DNA from: Bacteroidaceae bacterium
GTDB lineage: Bacteria; Bacillota; Clostridia; Oscillospirales; Oscillospiraceae
Assembly (NCBI GenBank): GCA_963610045.1
Contig: CAVDMS010000001.1
Coordinates: 1 to 59,713 of the forward strand
DNA: 59,713 nt
Direction: 5' to 3'
Within the stretch, counting starts at the first letter, position 1; every line of letters starts with the position of its first letter. The notes under the pieces were generated by a model. That model was not told where the DNA came from and made no database searches. It saw nothing but the letters and a program-made list of their open reading frames with translations. The translations under genes and the position numbers were made by a program. Of this stretch, positions 1 through 8,787 are shown piece after piece.

Positions 1-203
1 TTTTGACACCTCCCTCGTCAGAGGGAGGCATGAGTGCGGCGGTCGCTTTGCATCGGCGGTAAGGCTTCAAGATGAGCAGTAATGCTTGGCTTCCTCGCCT
101 AAAAATTGCTTGGCAGCTCGTTCTTTTTGCCGCAGCAAGATTCGCACAACCTCATGGCTCCCTCTGACGAGGGAGCTGTCAGCGAAGCTGACTGAGGGAG
201 AGA
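1..203 (-). repeat. MITE-like repeat, copy A (inverted relative to copy B at 41687-41913; truncated by the window edge)
   Basis: revcomp(153-203) matches 41687-41737 at 50/51 nt. revcomp(1-34) matches 41854-41887 at 34/34 nt. Same CTCCCTC-GTCA-GAGGGAG type hairpins. Confidence 0.75.
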
Positions 204-215
204 AAGCGCCGAATT

Positions 216-587
216 TTAAAAAGAGGAGCAGGGAGAAAAAGCGTTTTTCACCGCCATGTCTATGTGTTCGCATACGCCGTCAAAATTGCGGTCAACATCA
301 ATATTATATATGCGAAGGACGGTCAGCCCCATTGCTTCAAGCTCCGCCGTGCGTGCGGCGTCATTCCGAGCCTGCCGTGCATCACAATGCCCGCTGCCGT
401 CAAGCTCGACGACGAGCTTTGCCTTTGCACAGTAGAAATCCGCAATGTAATTGCCGATCGGCTTTTGCCTTTGAAAACGCACGGGGTAATTTCTCAGAAA
501 TTCATACCACAGCCTGCGCTCCCACGGCGTCATGTTCTTTCTCAGTTCTTTTGCAAACGGAATGTTTGCTTTGCTGTAAGCTTTCAC
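216..587 (-). CDS. DUF559 endonuclease-domain protein (Vsr-like fold)
   Basis: 123-aa ORF. MTPWERRLW...F.RQ..IG.YI.DF.C...KLVVELDG..H pattern is typical of DUF559. Confidence 0.85.
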   Translation of the reverse strand: MKAYSKANIPFAKELRKNMTPWERRLWYEFLRNYPVRFQRQKPIGNYIADFYCAKAKLVVELDGSGHCDARQARNDAARTAELEAMGLTVLRIYNIDVDRNFDGVCEHIDMAVKNAFSPCSSF

Positions 588-592
588 GCTTT

Positions 593-1000
593 TTACAAGC
601 TGCGGAGGTAGCCTTCGAGGATGAGGCTTGCGGCGACGGCATCGACGTTTTTGCGGTGATTTTTTTCACGTCTGCCGTTTGCGTGCAAAATTGCGTGCGC
701 CTCGATGCTGCTGCGGCGCTCGTCCCAAAGCACGGGGCAAAGCCCCGTCTTTTCCTCAAGCTTCTGCGCAAACAGACGGCACTTTTCCGCTCTCGGACCC
801 TCGCTGCCGTCCATGTTCTTCGGCAGCCCTAAAACGATGCGCTGCACCGAGCGCCTTTGCACCTCGTCGGCTATCTTCTCGGCGGCAAGGTCCGCATTGC
901 GCTCCGTGAGCGTCCACGCATCCCCGACCAGTATGTTCATCTCGTCGCTGACGGCAAGTCCTATGCGAACGTCGCCGTAATCGACACCCATTATTCTCAT
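593..1000 (-). CDS. ruvX: Holliday junction resolvase RuvX (YqgF family)
   Basis: MRIMGVDYGDVRIGLAVSD N-terminus and LDERRSS motif. Start moved to the ATG at 1000, preceded by GAGAGGTG. Confidence 0.9.
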   Translation of the reverse strand: MRIMGVDYGDVRIGLAVSDEMNILVGDAWTLTERNADLAAEKIADEVQRRSVQRIVLGLPKNMDGSEGPRAEKCRLFAQKLEEKTGLCPVLWDERRSSIEAHAILHANGRREKNHRKNVDAVAASLILEGYLRSL

Positions 1001-1031
1001 TGCTGCACCTCTCACTTTACGGTATGAGAGC

Positions 1032-1060
1032 ATTGTAGCATCTTTAGCCGGATATGTAAA
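1032..1060 (-). promoter_or_regulatory. sigma-70-like promoter for ruvX (TTTACA-17-TACAAT with TG extension)
   Basis: Minus strand reads TTTACA (1060-1055), a 17-nt spacer, then TGCTACAAT (-10 at 1037-1032), about 30 nt upstream of the ruvX SD. Confidence 0.5.
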
Positions 1061-1094
1061 ACAAAAAAGCCGACGGGGACAAAGTCCCGCCGGC
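1057..1094 (-). terminator. rho-independent terminator after the micro-ORF
   Basis: Minus strand GCCGGCGGGAC-TTT-GTCCCCGTCGGC followed by TTTTTTGTTTT. Confidence 0.6.
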
Positions 1095-1102
1095 CTGCAC
1101 GG

Positions 1103-1165
1103 TCACCTGTTGCTGGGACCGGGATCGACGTCACCGAAAATCATGTCATCAATATCCATTTTCAT
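1103..1165 (-). CDS. candidate 20-aa micro-ORF (MKMDIDDMIFGDVDPGPSNR)
   Basis: AGAGGTGG SD lies 5 nt before the ATG. The stop is followed directly by the terminator at 1057-1094. No homology evidence. Confidence 0.3.
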   Translation of the reverse strand: MKMDIDDMIFGDVDPGPSNR

Positions 1166-1281
1166 TTTCGCCACCTCTAAATTAAATCAACATAGTGCTA
1201 TTATATGCACAAGGCCGGGGGAGAATGACGGCAATTTTTGCCCGAGAGCAAAATTTGTAATTGCAAAATTTGTCGATGCTA

Positions 1282-1310
1282 TTGAAAGAAACGGAAGCAT
1301 GGGTTATAAT
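1282..1310 (+). promoter_or_regulatory. sigma-70-like promoter (TTGAAA-17-TATAAT) for the 1401 gene
   Basis: TTGAAA at 1282-1287 and TATAAT at 1305-1310 with an exact 17-nt spacer. The ~85-nt leader carries two GC hairpins. Confidence 0.6.
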
Positions 1311-1400
1311 GTACAAGTTAAAATGCGGACGGTAAGCCTGCTTTGCCGTCCCGCAGGGCTTTGACGCCCTGCCGAAGTTTTAGTAAAGGATGATACTTAA

Positions 1401-2720
1401 ATGAGCGCATCTACCGAGAAAAAGAATCGCAGCAGCGCACGTCTTGACGGAACCGACAAGCGCACCGTTGCCGAACGCAAGGCGGCGGAAAAGGAAAGAA
1501 AGAGCAAGATCAAATGGATCAGCGTTGCGGTCCTGATAGTGCTGGTCTTTGCCGCAGTTATCTATATCAACAGCGGTCTGTTCTTCAGACAGGCGACCGC
1601 AGTCACGATCGACTACGAAGCAAACGACGCCTACGGTCTCCCGGCGGGCAGCCGCAGCTTCAGCGTTGCCGAAGTAAACTATGTTTACGGCACCCAGTTT
1701 ATGAACATCAGCAGCTATGCGTCCCTGTTCGGACTGGACACCACCAAGTCCTTTGATACGCAGGTCTGCACTCTTGCCGACAAGGGCGAGAACTACACAT
1801 GGGACGACTACTTCATGGATCAGTCCGTGTCCTACCTTCGTCAGATAGCGGTCCTTGCGGACTATGCCGAGAAAAACGGCATAAAGCTCGGCGAGGACGA
1901 GCTTGCGAGCGTTGACAAGAACATCGAGTCCTTAAAGTCCGCTGCCGAGACCAACGGCTACAGCCTTGACGACTACATCTACGCCTGCTACGGCAAGGGC
2001 GTCAACGAGGACGTCGTCCGCAGCATGATGGAGCTTGAGCAGCTTGCGGCAAAGGTCGAGACCGAGCAGAGAGCCACCTACACCTACACGCAGGATCAGC
2101 TCAGCGAGAAGTACGCTTCCGTTGCGGACGATTACGATAAGTTCAGCTTCGATTACTATTACTTTGCCGCTGCGACCGAGGGTACGGACGAAAACGGCAA
2201 TGCAAACGCTCCCACCGAGGAGAGCCTTGCGGAAGCAAAGGCCCAGGCGGAAAAGATGAGAGCAAGCCTCGCCGCCGGCGGTGACTTCACCGAGCTTGTC
2301 AAGGCATACGAGGATTCAAACGGCATCGAGAAGCCCGCCTCCGAAAGCGGAGAGACCAAGGAAGCCGGACCCACCGTCGTTGAGGCGGCAGCCGGCAACA
2401 CCATCAGCAGCACCGCAGGCAGCTCCAGCGGCACCCTGTACCCCGAAGCCCTTGAGAAGTGGGTAAAGAGCGCCGACCGCACGAGCGGTGAGATTGCAGT
2501 CGTTGAGATCGAGGGCGTCGGCTACTACGTCGTCAGATTCAACGAGCGCAACAACAATCAGGCTCCCACCGAGGAAAGCGGCGACATGAACTACTGCGAC
2601 TACGTTGCAGACGCTCTGCTCCGCAACGAAGCCACCAGAGAGTGGGAAGACGGCATCATCGGCACGGATCAGAAGATCACTTCAAGCACCGGCTTTGCCG
2701 CAAGATATGTAGGCAGATAA
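1401..2720 (+). CDS. membrane-anchored hypothetical protein (SurA-N/PrsA-like chaperone region, no obvious PPIase domain)
   Basis: 439-aa ORF with a basic N-terminus, one TM helix (WISVAVLIVLVFAAVIYI) and an acidic extracytoplasmic part. SD is AAAGGA. Confidence 0.75.
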   Translation: MSASTEKKNRSSARLDGTDKRTVAERKAAEKERKSKIKWISVAVLIVLVFAAVIYINSGLFFRQATAVTIDYEANDAYGLPAGSRSFSVAEVNYVYGTQFMNISSYASLFGLDTTKSFDTQVCTLADKGENYTWDDYFMDQSVSYLRQIAVLADYAEKNGIKLGEDELASVDKNIESLKSAAETNGYSLDDYIYACYGKGVNEDVVRSMMELEQLAAKVETEQRATYTYTQDQLSEKYASVADDYDKFSFDYYYFAAATEGTDENGNANAPTEESLAEAKAQAEKMRASLAAGGDFTELVKAYEDSNGIEKPASESGETKEAGPTVVEAAAGNTISSTAGSSSGTLYPEALEKWVKSADRTSGEIAVVEIEGVGYYVVRFNERNNNQAPTEESGDMNYCDYVADALLRNEATREWEDGIIGTDQKITSSTGFAARYVGR

Positions 2721-2733
2721 ATTCTTCAAACCT

Positions 2734-2762
2734 AAAGCCGCCCTTTGGGGCGGCTTTAAAAT
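2734..2762 (+). terminator. rho-independent terminator
   Basis: AAAGCCGCCC-TTTG-GGGCGGCTTT followed by an A/T tail, 14 nt after the stop. Confidence 0.6.
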
Positions 2763-2781
2763 TAAGGTATAGGGTAATCTT

Positions 2782-3489
2782 ATGAACGAAAGAAACATCA
2801 GAACATGGATGCTTTTGGGCGACGAGCGGGTGCGCAAGCTTCAAAGCTCCCACGTTGCCGTGTTCGGTCTCGGCGGCGTCGGCTCATGGTGCGCCGAGGC
2901 GCTGGCGAGGAGCGGCGTCGGCAGACTGACCCTCGTCGACAGCGACACGGTGTCGCAGAGCAACCTGAACCGTCAGCTCTGCGCCCTTAGCTCGACGCTA
3001 GGCAAGCCCAAGGCGGAGGTCGTGCGCTCCCGTCTGCTCGACCTTAACCCCGACCTTTGCGTCAATGCGATCGTCGGACTGTACGACGCTGCGCACCGGG
3101 ACGAGTTTTTCGCCGACTACGACTACATCGTGGATGCGATCGACCTCGTTTCCTGCAAACTTGACCTCATCGAGACGGCGAAAAATCGGGGCATCCCGAT
3201 AGTTTCGGCGCTCGGCACGGGCAATAAGTGCGACGCATCGCAGCTTAGGATAAGCGACATCAAAAAAACCAGCGGCTGTCCGCTGGCGAGAGTGGTGCGT
3301 AAGGAGCTGAGGCAGAGGGGCATCGAGCATCTCGACGTCGTGTTTTCGACCGAGGAGGCAATGACGGCCGCACAGCCGGAAACTCCGCCCCCCGGAAGGC
3401 GAAGCGTTCCCGGCTCTCTCGTGTGGGTGCCGGCAAGTGCGGGACTCCTGCTCTGCCAGCACGTCGTGCGTTCGCTTACAGCTCTATGA
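2782..3489 (+). CDS. tcdA: tRNA threonylcarbamoyladenosine dehydratase (ThiF/E1-like)
   Basis: VAVFGLGGVGSW...LTLVDSDTVSQSNLNRQ Rossmann/E1 motif. 235 aa. Confidence 0.85.
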   Translation: MNERNIRTWMLLGDERVRKLQSSHVAVFGLGGVGSWCAEALARSGVGRLTLVDSDTVSQSNLNRQLCALSSTLGKPKAEVVRSRLLDLNPDLCVNAIVGLYDAAHRDEFFADYDYIVDAIDLVSCKLDLIETAKNRGIPIVSALGTGNKCDASQLRISDIKKTSGCPLARVVRKELRQRGIEHLDVVFSTEEAMTAAQPETPPPGRRSVPGSLVWVPASAGLLLCQHVVRSLTAL

Positions 3490-4327
3490 CCTGCTCCGGG
3501 ACGTCGGGGTCGTGATTTGCGATGACGCCGATGCAGCCCGGATTTTCCGCTTCACTGCGCAGCCACTTGAGCGAGCGCAGCATACTCTTTTCGCTGAAGC
3601 CGAAGCCCGGCACGGTCATGGTTCTCAGATTACGCCCGTTAAAGCACGCATCGGAGCATAGGATAAGCGACTTGCCGCTGTTTTCGATCTTGACGCCGAT
3701 GTGTCCGATCGTGTGACCGGGGAGGCTTACGAGGGTCACGCTGCCGTCCCCGAATAGGTCGTATGACCACCAGTTCGGTCCGACGCCGGTACCCTTGAAC
3801 CAAAAATATTCGGTGTCCTCATTGACCCACAGGTTCCACGGCTGACGCACACGGAACGCGGTGCGGCAGCTCCAGAAAAACTCCTCCTGCGGCATGAGAC
3901 GGCGCTTGGCGTTTCTCAGCGAGCGCAGTCCGGCAGTGTGGTCGGGGTCAAGGTGCGTGAGCAGTACGATGTCGAGGTCCTCCGGCGCAATGCCGAGGCT
4001 TTCAAGCTTTTCGACGGCGGTGCAGCCTTTTGCAACGCTTGGGCGGAAAAAGTCCGTCAGATACGGCGGAAGGATGCGGTTTGCCGCCTTGCGGTCGAAA
4101 ACCCCGTCGGGGCTTATATCCCGGCTGATGCCGGTATCGACAAGAACCCTTCCGGCGGGATGCTCGATAAGATAGCACGAGACCGGGAGCGTGACACGTC
4201 TGCTTTCGGGGCAGAAAACGCCTTGAAGAGTACCGCCGAGGCTCAGTCCGCCTTCGGCTACCGAGGGCGAGACGGAGACGGTGCCGCAGTGAAGAATGTG
4301 AATTTTAATTGGGGGACGGGCTTCCAT
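3476..4327 (-). CDS. MBL-fold metallo-hydrolase (lactonase-like subgroup)
   Basis: 283 aa. LLTHLDPDHTAG (an H-x-D-x-D-H variant of the HxHxDH zinc motif) and a later PGHTIGH. Confidence 0.8.
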   Translation of the reverse strand: MEARPPIKIHILHCGTVSVSPSVAEGGLSLGGTLQGVFCPESRRVTLPVSCYLIEHPAGRVLVDTGISRDISPDGVFDRKAANRILPPYLTDFFRPSVAKGCTAVEKLESLGIAPEDLDIVLLTHLDPDHTAGLRSLRNAKRRLMPQEEFFWSCRTAFRVRQPWNLWVNEDTEYFWFKGTGVGPNWWSYDLFGDGSVTLVSLPGHTIGHIGVKIENSGKSLILCSDACFNGRNLRTMTVPGFGFSEKSMLRSLKWLRSEAENPGCIGVIANHDPDVPEQVIEL

Positions 4328-4346
4328 GGCGCACCTCCGAAATTAT

Positions 4347-4360
4347 TTACCACTTGGTAA
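4347..4360. promoter_or_regulatory. candidate TetR operator palindrome TTACCA-CT-TGGTAA
   Basis: 14-bp inverted repeat in the 79-bp divergent spacer between the MBL and TetR genes. Confidence 0.45.
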
Positions 4361-4406
4361 GATGTTAACACGGAAATGAAAATATGTAAATAGCAAGGAG
4401 GCAAAA

Positions 4407-4988
4407 ATGCCCGCAATAGTTGATAAAGAAGCCGTGCGCATGGAGATACTCATGGCGTTTCAGCGCTGCATCGACAAAAAGCCGCTGATGAACGTCTCGC
4501 TGCGTGACATCGCTGCGGAGGCGAATATGTCGCACCCGAAGCTTCTCAATTACTTTGAAAACAAAGAGGACCTGATAGTCAGCTATGTGCGCTACACGAG
4601 GGACTTTATGAGCGAGAAGTGCATAGCGTGGTTCAAGGAGCATGACCGCAGGGGCTATCCGTCGAATCTTGCGTACATGAACGATTTTATGAGCTACGTC
4701 GCAAACGGAAAGGTCGGCGAGGAGCGCCCCAACGCCACGACGCAGACCTATGTTCTTGCGCACTACAACGAGCGTGTGGCGGAGCTTGTAATGTCGGAAT
4801 TCTGCGAGTGGCGGCGTGTCATGGAGGCGTGCCTTGCGAAGATCTACGGGCCGGAGGTCGGCAGAAAAGAGGCGGAGGGCATGATGATACTCATCGCCGG
4901 GACCTTCATATGCAACTACAACAAGGCGCTCACGGGCGAGATAAACGGCGATATAATCGGCTCGTTCAGACGGCTCATCGAAAGCTGA
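4407..4988 (+). CDS. TetR/AcrR family transcriptional regulator
   Basis: N-terminal HTH (VSLRDIAAEANMSHPKLLNYFENKEDL). 193 aa. SD is AAGGAGG. Confidence 0.85.
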   Translation: MPAIVDKEAVRMEILMAFQRCIDKKPLMNVSLRDIAAEANMSHPKLLNYFENKEDLIVSYVRYTRDFMSEKCIAWFKEHDRRGYPSNLAYMNDFMSYVANGKVGEERPNATTQTYVLAHYNERVAELVMSEFCEWRRVMEACLAKIYGPEVGRKEAEGMMILIAGTFICNYNKALTGEINGDIIGSFRRLIES

Positions 4989-4993
4989 GGAGC

Positions 4994-5034
4994 ATTGCAA
5001 AAGGGAGAGGAAAAAAACCTCTCCCTTTTGCAAT
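4994..5034. terminator. bidirectional terminator (17-bp stem)
   Basis: ATTGCAAAAGGGAGAGG-AAAAAAA-CCTCTCCCTTTTGCAAT between the convergent TetR and def genes. Confidence 0.7.
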
Positions 5035-5053
5035 TATGCGGTTATTTTCGGTG

Positions 5054-5464
5054 TCAGATCAAAATGCCGTCGCAGTGGTCGATCTCGTGCTGTATGATCT
5101 CCGCTGTCCAACCGGTGAAGGTCTTGAGGCGGGTCTGAAATTTTTCGTTCTGCCACTGCACCTTGATGCTGCGAAAGCGCTTCGTTTTCCGCACGCCGGA
5201 GAGCGAAAGACAGCCCTCCTCGGCGTCGAATGCGCCGGAGCGCTTCACGATGACGGGGTTTAGCATGAGCATATATTCGCCGTCGTTTTCAAAGGCGATG
5301 ATGCGCTTATTTACGCCGATCATGTTCGCCGCCATGCCGACGCAGCCGTCCCTGTGGCTTATGAGCGTGTCCAAAAGGTCCTGCGCCGTGCCGAGGTCGT
5401 CGGGCGTGGCGGGGTCGGACCTTAGGGCGAGGAAGTCCTCGTCTCTGCATATCTCACGGATCAT
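5054..5464 (-). CDS. def: peptide deformylase, short divergent type
   Basis: EGCLSL and QHEIDH motifs are present. Motif 1 reads CVGMAANMIG instead of GxGxAAxQ. 136 aa. Confidence 0.85.
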   Translation of the reverse strand: MIREICRDEDFLALRSDPATPDDLGTAQDLLDTLISHRDGCVGMAANMIGVNKRIIAFENDGEYMLMLNPVIVKRSGAFDAEEGCLSLSGVRKTKRFRSIKVQWQNEKFQTRLKTFTGWTAEIIQHEIDHCDGILI

Positions 5465-5553
5465 GTGCGTCCCCTCCTTGTGCTGAAATACATTGTATCA
5501 GCCGATGCCGAGATCTGCAAGCGGCATTTCGGCTTGCGCCATCGTCTGTGCAG

Positions 5554-5592
5554 CAAAAACACCCCTCTGAAATCAACGATTTCAGAGGGGTG
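5554..5592 (-). terminator. rho-independent terminator of the flavodoxin cluster
   Basis: Minus strand CACCCCTCTGAAATC-GTT-GATTTCAGAGGGGTG followed by TTTTTG. Confidence 0.75.
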
Positions 5593-5677
5593 TTGGCAAA
5601 GAACCGTAATTTTGATAGAAACCGTGCAAGGGGGTGCAAATATGGTTCAGAAGGGGTGGTGCCGTTATTTTTATCAC

Positions 5678-6358
5678 TTATTTCCCAAGCCAGTCGGAAA
5701 CCTGTTTCTCTGCACTTTCGCGATCATTCTGTGCCGTGGTGCCGGCGATGGCAAAGCCTTCACGGACTGTTGCCCCGGAGCAGGCGGTCTGAATACTGCT
5801 TACCGTTCCGGAAAGTCCGCTTCCCGCATGGGTGCAGAACGGAATAATCGTCTTGCCGGAAAAATCGTAGCTTTCAAGAAAAGTGTACACCGGCATCGGC
5901 ATATCGCCCCACCAAATGGGATAACCGAGGTATATCACATCGTAATCGTCAAAATCCGTAACGGAGCCGGTCAGCTTCGGTCTGGCATTCGAATTCTTTT
6001 CTTCCTTTGCCACTTCGGTGCAGTCGTCATAACCGGATGGATAGGAGTTGACCGATTCAATGCGAAAAAGGTCTCCGCCCGTCTTCAATGCAATCATTTC
6101 GGCGATAATTTCGGTGTTACCCTTTTCAATCACACCAACACCGTAGTTTTCTCCTATGCGGGAAAAATAGGCGACTAGCACTTTTGTGTCGGCAGATGTT
6201 TCCTGCTCGGAGAAATCCGAAGAGGCAGTGTTTTCTGTGCCGTTTGAATCCGATGCGGGCGAATCTGTCTTTGTTTCGCTACCCGATGTTGTATTTCCGC
6301 AGGCAACCAGCGAGAACGCCAAAAGCGCAGTGAAAATCAAAGCAAAAACCTTCTTCAT
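5678..6358 (-). CDS. exported lipoprotein with flavodoxin-like domain
   Basis: MKKVFALIFTALLAFSLVAC lipobox, then an S/T/E-rich linker, then VLVAYFSRIGENY...GYPIWWGDMP...PFCTHAGSG, paralogous to 7709-8224. Start set to the ATG at 6358 after AAGGAG. Confidence 0.8.
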   Translation of the reverse strand: MKKVFALIFTALLAFSLVACGNTTSGSETKTDSPASDSNGTENTASSDFSEQETSADTKVLVAYFSRIGENYGVGVIEKGNTEIIAEMIALKTGGDLFRIESVNSYPSGYDDCTEVAKEEKNSNARPKLTGSVTDFDDYDVIYLGYPIWWGDMPMPVYTFLESYDFSGKTIIPFCTHAGSGLSGTVSSIQTACSGATVREGFAIAGTTAQNDRESAEKQVSDWLGK

Positions 6359-6363
6359 GCTAT

Positions 6364-7203
6364 TCACTCCTTTTTCGGCTTGAGCGGACCGTAAAAATAG
6401 CTTGCCGTTGCGCCGCCGTCAATGAGGAATGTGGAGCCGGTAATAAACGCACCTTTGTCGCTCATGAGCAGTTCGGCAACATTCGCCACCTCATCCGCCG
6501 TACCGGGACGCCCTGCCGGACAATTCGCAAACATATTCTTATAGAAATCTCCGCGGGGGCCATTGAACTCGTCCAGTGCCAGCGGGGTGACGATAATACC
6601 GGGGGCAATGTCGTTGAGCCGTGCACCTCGCTTGCCCCATTCCACCGCCTGTGCCATCACGCGCTTTTCATTGCAGCGCTTTGCCATCTGATAGGCATGG
6701 AGCGTGTCGCGGATGTTTTCGGGCTGCAAAAAGTCCAGTTTCAGCAGTTCCTCGGTGGGTGTAGTGGCAAGTAGCTCGTCCTGCTCTGCCGTCAGCGCGG
6801 GCATCCGCCAACCGGATTGACTCGAAATGGTCACGCCCACACCGCCGGGGGCAACGACATTGCCGACCTCCTCCAGCAGCACTGCCGTGCCGTAGAGATC
6901 AACCTTCAGAATCGCTTCAATGGGCGCCTGACTCGGCGACACGCCCGCAGCGTTCACCAGCATTTTGATCTCGCCGTGTTTCTGTCCCTCGGCAATCAGT
7001 GCTTTGATAGACTCACGGCTTGACAGATCCATCTCTAAGGGGACAACATCAAAGCCTGCCTCGTTCATGATTTTGGCAATGGTCTGTGCATTTTCAATTT
7101 TCTTATCACCGACAACGATTTTCATACCGGCACCCATACGGCGGGCAATTGCCATGCCGATCTGTCCCGCGCCGGTCAAAAGCATTACATTTTTCATTTT
7201 CAT
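6364..7203 (-). CDS. SDR family oxidoreductase
   Basis: LLTGAGQIGMAI (TGxxxGxG) and YQMAK (YxxxK). Start is ambiguous (GTG 7218, ATG 7203 or ATG 7197). Confidence 0.85.
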   Translation of the reverse strand: MKMKNVMLLTGAGQIGMAIARRMGAGMKIVVGDKKIENAQTIAKIMNEAGFDVVPLEMDLSSRESIKALIAEGQKHGEIKMLVNAAGVSPSQAPIEAILKVDLYGTAVLLEEVGNVVAPGGVGVTISSQSGWRMPALTAEQDELLATTPTEELLKLDFLQPENIRDTLHAYQMAKRCNEKRVMAQAVEWGKRGARLNDIAPGIIVTPLALDEFNGPRGDFYKNMFANCPAGRPGTADEVANVAELLMSDKGAFITGSTFLIDGGATASYFYGPLKPKKE

Positions 7204-7214
7204 TTTTCCTTCTT

Positions 7215-7712
7215 TCACAGCATGGCTTTGACTTTTTCAGCCCACGCTTCTATTTCTTTTTCGGCGGTTTCCAAAAGATCCCCGCCGTTTGAATCAAACC
7301 GTACCTGCATCTCGCAGGCAAATTCCGCTCTCGGGCAGGCTTTTTTCATATCTTTGATGACGTGTCCCGGCCAACCGCCGTTGGTCATAAAGGGGACAAC
7401 AGTCTTGCCCTTAAAATCGTGACTATGCAGAAAAGTCAAAACGGCAGGCGCCATCGTGTACCACCATGTGGGAGTGCCGACAGCGATCACATCATAGTCC
7501 GAAATGTTCACATCAATTGGCTTTAATGCCGGCTCGTAACCGCGCTCCGCCTCGCTCTGTCCCTGATTTACCACATCATCGTAGCTGCCGGAGTACGGCA
7601 CGGCGGTGTCGATTTTCAGAAGCTCACCGCCCGCCACGCTTTGCAGCTTCTTTGCAATGCGTTCGGTGTTTCCGTTTGACCATGTATAATAGACAATTAA
7701 AAGCTTTTTCAT
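7215..7712 (-). CDS. flavodoxin-like protein
   Basis: MKKLLIVYYTWSNGNTE...GTPTWWYTMAP. ATGA overlap with the upstream gene. SD is AGGAGG. Confidence 0.85.
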   Translation of the reverse strand: MKKLLIVYYTWSNGNTERIAKKLQSVAGGELLKIDTAVPYSGSYDDVVNQGQSEAERGYEPALKPIDVNISDYDVIAVGTPTWWYTMAPAVLTFLHSHDFKGKTVVPFMTNGGWPGHVIKDMKKACPRAEFACEMQVRFDSNGGDLLETAEKEIEAWAEKVKAML

Positions 7713-8224
7713 TTTCCTACCTCCTGTACCCATTTTGAAATTGCGGCTTTTGAGCTGTCAACATTACTGCCGTGAATGGCAAGCCCCTTGGTAACGATTG
7801 CCCCCGGTGCGGCTTTCCGAATGTCCTGCTCCGTATGGGAAAGTCCACTACCTTCATGTGTACAGAAGGGGTGAATGGTCTTGCCGGTGAAGTCATAGTG
7901 TTCAAGAAATGTGTAGACCGCCATCGGCATCGCACCCCAATAGTTCGGATAGCCGAGATAAATTTCATCGTAGGAATCCAGATTGTAAGGCAGGTTCAGC
8001 ACCTCCGGGCGAGCTTTTTTCTGCAAATCGGCTTTCGCCTCGGCGATGCAGGTCTGATAGTCGTCGGAATACGGCTGTGCCTGCTCGATTCTGTAGAGCT
8101 CACCGTCGGTAAGCTCTGCCAGCATACGGGCTGCTTTTTCGGTGTTTCCAACAGAAATTCGACGGTAAGAACCGCCGAAATAGTTTTCTCCCGCACGGGA
8201 GTAAAATGCAATCAAGGTTGCCAT
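7709..8224 (-). CDS. flavodoxin-like protein
   Basis: MATLIAFYSRAGENY...GYPNYWGAMP...PFCTHEGSG. SD is AAGGAG. Confidence 0.85.
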   Translation of the reverse strand: MATLIAFYSRAGENYFGGSYRRISVGNTEKAARMLAELTDGELYRIEQAQPYSDDYQTCIAEAKADLQKKARPEVLNLPYNLDSYDEIYLGYPNYWGAMPMAVYTFLEHYDFTGKTIHPFCTHEGSGLSHTEQDIRKAAPGAIVTKGLAIHGSNVDSSKAAISKWVQEVGK

Positions 8225-8225
8225 G

Positions 8226-8756
8226 TTAAATCTCCTTTCCCATTTCATAAGCCTGTTTCAGCGATGGATGTCGGTATACATCGCCCTTATCCCATGTTCC
8301 CGTTCCGAGGATCACGCCTGCTTCCTTTGCGCCGGGCAGACAGCGAAGAAATCCGCGCATATCCGCAAGCGCCGTCTCCGCCGCACTGTGATTCGGTTCG
8401 GCTGCCGTGACGATCAGATAAAAGGTCTTGTCTTTGATTGACCGATAGTCGGAAAAACAGCGGTCGATCATAATTTTCATCTGAGCGCAGACGGAATAAA
8501 AATATACTGGAGCGGCAAGCACCATCACATCCGCCGCCTTCATCGCTTCAAGCACCTCCGTCATATCGTCGTTACGGACGCAGATGTGTGTTTCCGTACA
8601 GCCGTAACAGGCAAGGCAGGGAGCAATCTTTTTCTCCGCCAGGCGGATTTTCTGCACTTCGTGACCGCTTTCGGCTGCCCCTTTCAGAAATTCGTCGCAG
8701 AGAATTTCCGAGTTGCCGTTTTTCCGCGGGCTCGAACTGATGACGAGTATTTTCAT
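8226..8756 (-). CDS. NADPH-dependent FMN reductase / iron-sulfur flavoprotein-like
   Basis: MKILVISSSPRKNGNSE and a CLACYGC cysteine cluster. Start at the ATG 8756 after AAGGAGG. Confidence 0.8.
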   Translation of the reverse strand: MKILVISSSPRKNGNSEILCDEFLKGAAESGHEVQKIRLAEKKIAPCLACYGCTETHICVRNDDMTEVLEAMKAADVMVLAAPVYFYSVCAQMKIMIDRCFSDYRSIKDKTFYLIVTAAEPNHSAAETALADMRGFLRCLPGAKEAGVILGTGTWDKGDVYRHPSLKQAYEMGKEI

Positions 8757-8787
8757 AGGGAATATCCTCCTTTGATTTCTGTAATAT

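Noticed and set aside
86-832. 248-aa plus-strand ORF at the window start
   Set aside because: It runs through the MITE-like repeat and is antisense to the DUF559 and ruvX genes. Its Arg/Cys-rich composition argues against a real protein.
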